Assembly: GCA_043740265.1 (NCBI GenBank)
Contig: JAYUCQ010000131.1
Location: 1 to 34,820, forward strand
DNA from: Hyphomicrobium sp.
GTDB taxonomy: Bacteria > Pseudomonadota > Alphaproteobacteria > Rhizobiales > Hyphomicrobiaceae
Length of the DNA stretch: 34,820 nt
Direction of reading: 5' to 3'
Shown here in pieces: positions 29,496 to 34,820 of the stretch. Position 1 is the first letter of the stretch. Every line of letters starts with the position of its first letter. Made by a program: the position numbers and the translations under genes. Under the pieces are notes generated by a model. It was not told the origin of the DNA. It searched no databases and saw nothing but the letters and a program-made list of their open reading frames with translations.

Positions 29496-30581
29496 TTAAC
29501 TGTTGGCTATGGCGCGAGCAAAATCAGCGGCTTCAAAGGCCTGCAGATCATCGACGCTTTCGCCGACGCCGACGGCATGCACCGGAATGGCGAATTTCTC
29601 GGCGATTGCAACCAAAATGCCGCCGCGAGCCGTACCATCCAATTTTGTCATCACAAGCCCCGTCACGCCCGCCCGGTCGCGAAAAACCTCTACTTGATTG
29701 AGCGCGTTCTGCCCTGTTGTGGCATCAAGCACAAGCAAGACGTCGTGAGGCGCTGAGGGATCAAGCTTTTTCAAGACCCTAACGACTTTTTCTAATTCCT
29801 CCATCAGCACTTGCTTGTTCTGCAAGCGCCCGGCGGTATCGAGCAGCAGCACATCGGCGCCGGACGACTGTGCTTCTTTTAAAGCGTCAAACGCGAGGCT
29901 GGCGGATTCTGATCCGACCGGCCGCGCGATGACGTGACATCCCGTGCGCTCGCCCCATACTTTGAGCTGGTCGATGGCGGCAGCGCGGAAGGTATCGCCG
30001 GCTGCCAGCATGACTTTTTTGCCTTCGCCCGTGAAACGCGCCGCCAACTTTCCAATCGTCGTTGTTTTGCCGGTGCCGTTAACGCCGACCATCATGATGA
30101 CGTGCGGCCGCCGTGACGCATCGACCACAAGCGCCTTGGCAACGGGTGCCAGCACCTTCTCAACTTCTTCCGATAAAATTGTGCGAACGTCGTCAGCGGA
30201 AATGCCTTTTTCAAAGCGGCCCTTTGAAATCGCGGATGTGATGCGGGCGGCCATCGGCACGCCAATATCTGACTGAATCAGCAAGTCTTCGAGATCTTCC
30301 AGCGTCGCCGCGTCTAGCTTGCGTTTGGTGAATAGCCCTGTGATGCCGTCGGAGAGCTTCGCTGATGTTTTTCCAAGACCGTCTCTCAGCCGTTGCAGCC
30401 AGTTGCGCGGAGCTGCCGGTGGTGCCGGTTCTGATTTAGCCGCGGGAAGTTCTGGCGTTGGTGTTGCCGCGTCGCGTTGGGAAGCTGTTTCCGCAACGGG
30501 CACCTCGGCCTCGGCGTCGCCCTTGCTTCCAAACAGGCGGCCGAACATGCCCTTGCGTTTGTTGTCGCCTTCGCCACTCAC
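29496..30581 (-). CDS. ftsY: Signal recognition particle receptor FtsY
   Basis: Motifs GVNGTGKTTTIGKLA, DTFRAAA, DTAGRLQN, TKLDGTARGG. GTG start overlaps the mtaB stop. Confidence 0.97.
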   Translation of the reverse strand: MSGEGDNKRKGMFGRLFGSKGDAEAEVPVAETASQRDAATPTPELPAAKSEPAPPAAPRNWLQRLRDGLGKTSAKLSDGITGLFTKRKLDAATLEDLEDLLIQSDIGVPMAARITSAISKGRFEKGISADDVRTILSEEVEKVLAPVAKALVVDASRRPHVIMMVGVNGTGKTTTIGKLAARFTGEGKKVMLAAGDTFRAAAIDQLKVWGERTGCHVIARPVGSESASLAFDALKEAQSSGADVLLLDTAGRLQNKQVLMEELEKVVRVLKKLDPSAPHDVLLVLDATTGQNALNQVEVFRDRAGVTGLVMTKLDGTARGGILVAIAEKFAIPVHAVGVGESVDDLQAFEAADFARAIANS

Positions 30582-31837
30582 GCTGCTACTCCGCCAATCA
30601 GCTTGCCGTTGTCGAAGGCGGAAGCTTGAACTTGCAAAATCGTTCCCGCAGGCGGGACATCGCCACGCATGACAACCTCGGCAAAATGTGGCGTGCGGCC
30701 AATGCCGCCATTTTCCATCAGCACGTCGAGCTGCTTGCCCGTCTGACTTTCAAGATATGATGACAAAAGCTTTGAACCCTTCTCGCGCAATTTTGCGGCA
30801 CGTTCTTTTGTAATCGCGCCCGGCACTTGCGGCATCTTTGCGGCTGGCGTGCCCTTGCGGGCAGAATATGGAAAGACATGCAGATACGTCAGGCCGCATG
30901 CATCGGCCAAACTAACCGACTGCTCAAACATAGCCTCTGTTTCCGTCGGGAAGCCGGCGATCAGATCGGCACCGAATACGATATCCGGTCGCAGCCGCCG
31001 TGCTTCCTCGCAAAAGCGAATAGCATCGGCGCGAAGGTGGCGCCGCTTCATGCGCTTGAGGATCATATCGTCACCAGATTGCATCGAAAGATGCAGGTGC
31101 GGCATCAATCGCGGCTCGTCGGCAAGCGCGATCATTAAATCAGCGTCGGCTTCCACCTGATCGATCGACGACAATCTGAGACGGCGCAATTGCGGCACGT
31201 GTTTCAAAATTTGCCGGACAAGTTTGCCGAGTGTCATGTCGCCGGGCAAATCGGGTCCGTAAGACGTAATATCAACCCCGGTCAGCACGACCTCGGGCAC
31301 ACCGTTTTCAACGACGCGGCGGATCTGGGCGACAACTTCGCCCGCCGGAACTGAGCGCGACGGGCCGCGTCCGAATGGGATGATGCAAAACGTGCAGCGA
31401 TGATCGCAGCCATTTTGGATTTGCAGAAAGGCGCGGGCTTTCGATTGCAAGCCGTCAATCATGTGCGGAGCCGTTTCACGCACGCTCATGATGTCGTTGA
31501 CTTGAACACGCTCAGAGCCGTCTAACGCCAATCCGCGATAGGTCCCGGCTTGCATTTTTCCGTCATTGCCGATGACATGATCGACTTCGGGCATAGCGGC
31601 GAAACGCTCCGGCTCCGTTTGTGCCGCACATCCCGTGACGATGATGTGCGCGGCTGGATTCTCACGGCGCAGCTTGCGGATTGACTGAGTCGCCTTGCGC
31701 ACCGCTTCGCCTGTCACGGCGCACGTGTTGACGATGACCGCGCCGTCCAAGCCCGCGTCTATGGCATGGCGGCGCATCACCTCAGATTCAAAGGCGTTAA
31801 GTCGGCAGCCCAGCGTGATAACGGTAGGTTCGGTCAT
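30578..31837 (-). CDS. mtaB: tRNA t6A methylthiotransferase (MiaB-like radical SAM)
   Basis: TLGCRLN..ESE, NTCAVT, VTGCAAQ, GCDHRCTFC, GFPTET. Start uncertain (31837 preferred; ORF open to 31930). Confidence 0.92.
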   Translation of the reverse strand: MTEPTVITLGCRLNAFESEVMRRHAIDAGLDGAVIVNTCAVTGEAVRKATQSIRKLRRENPAAHIIVTGCAAQTEPERFAAMPEVDHVIGNDGKMQAGTYRGLALDGSERVQVNDIMSVRETAPHMIDGLQSKARAFLQIQNGCDHRCTFCIIPFGRGPSRSVPAGEVVAQIRRVVENGVPEVVLTGVDITSYGPDLPGDMTLGKLVRQILKHVPQLRRLRLSSIDQVEADADLMIALADEPRLMPHLHLSMQSGDDMILKRMKRRHLRADAIRFCEEARRLRPDIVFGADLIAGFPTETEAMFEQSVSLADACGLTYLHVFPYSARKGTPAAKMPQVPGAITKERAAKLREKGSKLLSSYLESQTGKQLDVLMENGGIGRTPHFAEVVMRGDVPPAGTILQVQASAFDNGKLIGGVAA

Positions 31838-31934
31838 GAAACTCAGCATAGACCCGGTTGCAGGCGGCGGAGATAGCTCAACATCCGATGAACGGCTAGG
31901 CGGCCAATTGGCAGTGTTTTCAAGCGGCACAGGC

Positions 31935-32804
31935 TTAAACCGGCACCCGCGCCAATTTGCTCAGGTCAGCGGCGCCCTCGTATTCAAATTGAACAGGCCC
32001 CGTCATTAAAATGTGATTGGCGGCCGTCCATTCGATCACCAGGTCCCCGCCCGGAAGCGTGACAGTGACCGTTCGGCCCGTAAGCTTCTTACGCGCCGCG
32101 CAGACCGCAGCGGCACACGCAGCCGAGCCGCAGGCCTTAGTTAATCCCGCGCCGCGCTCCCAGGTGCGCAACGTTAAAGTCTCCTTCGACGTCACATGCG
32201 CCAAAGAGATGTTGGCCCGATCTGGAAAAATCGGGTGGTTTTCAAGCATCGGCCCCAGGCGGCCAAGATCATAAACGCCGACGTCATCGACCCAGAAGAT
32301 CGCGTGCGGATTGCCGACGTTGACGACGGACGGCGAATGCAGCGTCGGATTGTCGATGGGGCCAATTTGAAGTTCGATGCCGCGCGTGTCGCGAAATTCT
32401 TCCGCCGTTGGGATATCCTGCCAATTAAACTTCGGCTCACCCATATCAATCGTTATCGAGTTTTGATCGCGCACGAGTGTGTCGAGAACACCAGCTTGCG
32501 TTTCGACCTTGAAGGCATTCCGGCCCAGCGACTGTGCCAGCAGCCAGCCGACGCAGCGCATGCCATTGCCGCAAGCGCCGGCTTCCGACCCATCGGCATT
32601 GTAAATGCGGACGTAAGACTCGGTGCCCTTGGTCTTTGGCGCGTGTAACGCCATCAGCTGATCGAAGCGTGAGGACCGGTCGGAGGCAATGGCCACGACT
32701 TCGGCAGCCGTGAACATCTTCGAACTGGCGCGCAGATCGACGACGACGATTTCGTTGCCGAGACCGTTCATTTTCGTAAAGGGTATGGTGGCAGTGCCTG
32801 TCAT
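31935..32804 (-). CDS. dapF: Diaminopimelate epimerase
   Basis: Motifs [39 protein letters not shown]. Confidence 0.97.
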   Translation of the reverse strand: MTGTATIPFTKMNGLGNEIVVVDLRASSKMFTAAEVVAIASDRSSRFDQLMALHAPKTKGTESYVRIYNADGSEAGACGNGMRCVGWLLAQSLGRNAFKVETQAGVLDTLVRDQNSITIDMGEPKFNWQDIPTAEEFRDTRGIELQIGPIDNPTLHSPSVVNVGNPHAIFWVDDVGVYDLGRLGPMLENHPIFPDRANISLAHVTSKETLTLRTWERGAGLTKACGSAACAAAVCAARKKLTGRTVTVTLPGGDLVIEWTAANHILMTGPVQFEYEGAADLSKLARVPV

Positions 32805-32900
32805 GCGCCCTTATATGGCGATAAGGCCCGAAAACACAATTCGCCGCGCCCTGGTCTCATGCTGCGATCTGTCGGGTTTCGGGGTTATCGAGAGGATTTG

Positions 32901-34049
32901 ATGTTGCTGCACCATTTACGCGCCGCGGTCTTCTTGTTCACTCTGGCGTTTACAGCCGCGGCCGGGGCTGAGCAGACCAACGCGCCAGTGGCGCCCGCGA
33001 CAGCGCTTAAGGTCGATGAAATAGCGACAGGGCTCGATCATCCCTGGGGCATGCAATTTCTGCCAGATGGCCGCTTTCTTGTGACTGAGCGCCCGGGCCG
33101 GATACGCATCGTCTCCGGGGATGGCACGAAATCGTCAGCCGTGGCGGGCGTCCCATCTGTCATGAACTCGGGACAAGGCGGACTTCTCGATATTCTTCTC
33201 GCGTCCGATTTCGAAAAATCCGGCGTGATATTCTTTTCGTTCGCTCAACCGCGCGGCTTCTTCTCCAACGGCACCAGCGTCGCCCGCGCCCGCCTGGTTC
33301 TTGAGGGCAGCAGCGGCCACCTTGACGACGTCAAAGTCATCTTCCGCCAGCTGCCAGCCATTGCCAGCAGCGCCCATTTCGGATCGCGGCTGGTATTCGA
33401 TAGGACGGGCGCACTTTTCATAACGACGGGAGAACGCTACACGGAAAAAATCAGCGCCCAGGATTTGACGACGGATCTCGGCAAAGTCATCCGCATTATG
33501 CCCGATGGATCGATCCCAAAAGACAACCCCTTCGTGGGCCAAGATGGCAAGCGACCTGAAATCTGGAGCTACGGCCATCGCAACCTGCAAGGTGCCGCGC
33601 TCGATCCCGCGACCGGTCAGCTTTGGACAACGGAACATGCAGCCAAGGGCGGCGACGAACTCAATCATCCGGAGCGCGGCAAAAACTACGGCTGGCCGGT
33701 CATCACATGGGGCACGGACTACGACGGCTCCAAGATCGGCGAAGGCACGACAAAAGAGGGCATGGAACAGCCGGTCTATTATTGGAACCCCTCCATCGGG
33801 ACGTCGGGCTTGGCATTTTATTCAGGCGACCTGTTCAAGGGCTGGAAGAGCAATATCCTGGCTGGCGGTTTGGCTGGTGGCACCCTGGAGCGCCTCGTCA
33901 TGAAGGACGGCGCCGTGGTGGCCGTCGAGCATCTTCTCACTGATGTGCGAGAACGCATTCGCGACGTGCGCGTTGATATGAAAGGCGCGGTCTATGTCCT
34001 GACCGACGGCCCGGAGGGGAAGCTGCTGCGCCTTACGCCGGCAGAGTGA
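32901..34049 (+). CDS. PQQ-dependent sugar dehydrogenase (GSDH / YliI-like), secreted
   Basis: Signal peptide, GLDHPWG..FLPDG..LVTERPG, GQGGLLD, HFGSRL, SYGHRN.QG, GGDELN...G.NYGWP, RIRDV. ATG 32901 after GAGGA. Confidence 0.92.
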   Translation: MLLHHLRAAVFLFTLAFTAAAGAEQTNAPVAPATALKVDEIATGLDHPWGMQFLPDGRFLVTERPGRIRIVSGDGTKSSAVAGVPSVMNSGQGGLLDILLASDFEKSGVIFFSFAQPRGFFSNGTSVARARLVLEGSSGHLDDVKVIFRQLPAIASSAHFGSRLVFDRTGALFITTGERYTEKISAQDLTTDLGKVIRIMPDGSIPKDNPFVGQDGKRPEIWSYGHRNLQGAALDPATGQLWTTEHAAKGGDELNHPERGKNYGWPVITWGTDYDGSKIGEGTTKEGMEQPVYYWNPSIGTSGLAFYSGDLFKGWKSNILAGGLAGGTLERLVMKDGAVVAVEHLLTDVRERIRDVRVDMKGAVYVLTDGPEGKLLRLTPAE

Positions 34050-34062
34050 GGGATATGCGCGC

Positions 34063-34281
34063 ATGCCTCAACAAACGATCCGCCAGCAGCGCCTAAGGCA
34101 ACGTCCAAATTCTTATCTCTTTCGCGTGGCTTTTGCCCGGGTGCGGCCCTGCTACTGCTACGGTTGCATCGTCCTCACGCTGGAAGAACGCGCCTACGAA
34201 CGCCGCGTATTTCAGTTGGCGCGGGCGTGGGCGAAAATGCTTAAAGCCGAGGCCGGGGCTGCGAAGTCTAGCCAAACTTGA
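34063..34281 (+). CDS. Possible small hypothetical protein with CYCYGC motif
   Basis: 72-aa ORF filling the gap after GSDH, with GAGGGA upstream. No recognised family. Confidence 0.3.
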   Translation: MPQQTIRQQRLRQRPNSYLFRVAFARVRPCYCYGCIVLTLEERAYERRVFQLARAWAKMLKAEAGAAKSSQT

Positions 34282-34306
34282 CTTTGGAAGCCCCTTCCCT
34301 CATATC
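34278..34306 (+). promoter_or_regulatory. Probable housekeeping promoter for ffh
   Basis: TTGACT-N17-CATATC. Confidence 0.5.
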
Positions 34307-34389
34307 CAAGCCATCCAAACGGCCCTGAGACCCAGAGCCGCCGCTCTGCACATGGAAACCTCTACAAGGGTGACCGGGAGGCAAGGGGG

Positions 34390-34424
34390 TCAACATCCGA
34401 AGGCGCGTGGCGCTCTCGGGTGCA
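34390..34424 (+). ncRNA. ffh 5' leader RNA motif (alphaproteobacterial cis element)
   Basis: Hairpin CATCCGA-aGGCGC-gtg-GCGCTc-TCGGGTG directly upstream of ffh, as I recall the conserved alphaproteobacterial ffh leader. Confidence 0.65.
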
Positions 34425-34447
34425 ATTTTGTTTTGTTCGGACGGTAA

Positions 34448-34820
34448 ATGTTTCAATCGCTGCAAGAACGCCTCTCGGGCGTACTCGATAAACTCACGCG
34501 GCGCGGTGCGCTCACGGAGAGCGATGTCGTTGAGGCGATGCGCGAAGTCCGCCGTGCGCTACTTGAAGCCGACGTGGCACTCGATGTCGTCCGCGATTTC
34601 ACCGACAAGGTCAAAGCCAAGGCCATCGGCGCCGAAGTGCTGCGCTCAGTCACGCCAGGCCAGATGGTCGTGAAGATCGTCAATGACGAGCTGGTCGCGA
34701 TGCTTGGCTCCAACGCCCAGCCGATCGATCTGCACGCAACCCCGCCCGTCGGTATTTTAATGGTCGGCCTGCAGGGTTCTGGCAAGACGACGACGACGGC
34801 AAAAATCGCCTACCGCCTGA
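34448..34820 (+). CDS. ffh: Signal recognition particle protein Ffh (5' part, runs off the window)
   Basis: Manual translation MFQSLQERLSGVLDKL...REVRRALLEADV...GLQGSGKTTT. Absent from the ORF track because there is no stop in the window. Confidence 0.97.
   Translation, partial: MFQSLQERLSGVLDKLTRRGALTESDVVEAMREVRRALLEADVALDVVRDFTDKVKAKAIGAEVLRSVTPGQMVVKIVNDELVAMLGSNAQPIDLHATPPVGILMVGLQGSGKTTTTAKIAYRL

Overview
Mostly core chromosome of an alphaproteobacterium of the Hyphomicrobiales, probably Hyphomicrobiaceae (inferred from gene order and protein style). Housekeeping genes are hisB-DUF2628-hisH, rlmN, argG, typA, ppa, dapB-gpmA, leuB, asd, dapF-mtaB-ftsY-yciB-yciB and the 5' end of ffh. 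Accessory genes between them encode a PAS/HisKA_2 kinase, a protein made almost entirely of RTX repeats, a J-domain protein, a Pif1-like helicase, a phasin, a GNAT, an M23 peptidase, a solitary HsdR_N-like protein, a MarR regulator, a GSDH-family dehydrogenase and several hypotheticals. I see no rRNA, tRNA, CRISPR array, transposase or integrase, and no unmistakable new multi-gene system. Best candidates for undescribed biology: (1) an unannotated ~80-nt sRNA with two anti-Shine-Dalgarno loops, divergent from the Pif1-like helicase; (2) PhaR-type boxes in front of the phasin, an uncharacterised Pro/Trp/Met-rich protein and typA; (3) a degenerate HsdR_N protein plus a DUF3881-like protein inserted between leuB and asd; (4) an EcfG-type promoter and an in-frame uORF ahead of the HisKA_2 kinase; (5) tandem divergent yciB paralogs; (6) a Cas2/VapD-like orphan; (7) two CGTC-type palindromic repeat elements. 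All family calls come from motif recognition by eye, not from database searches.
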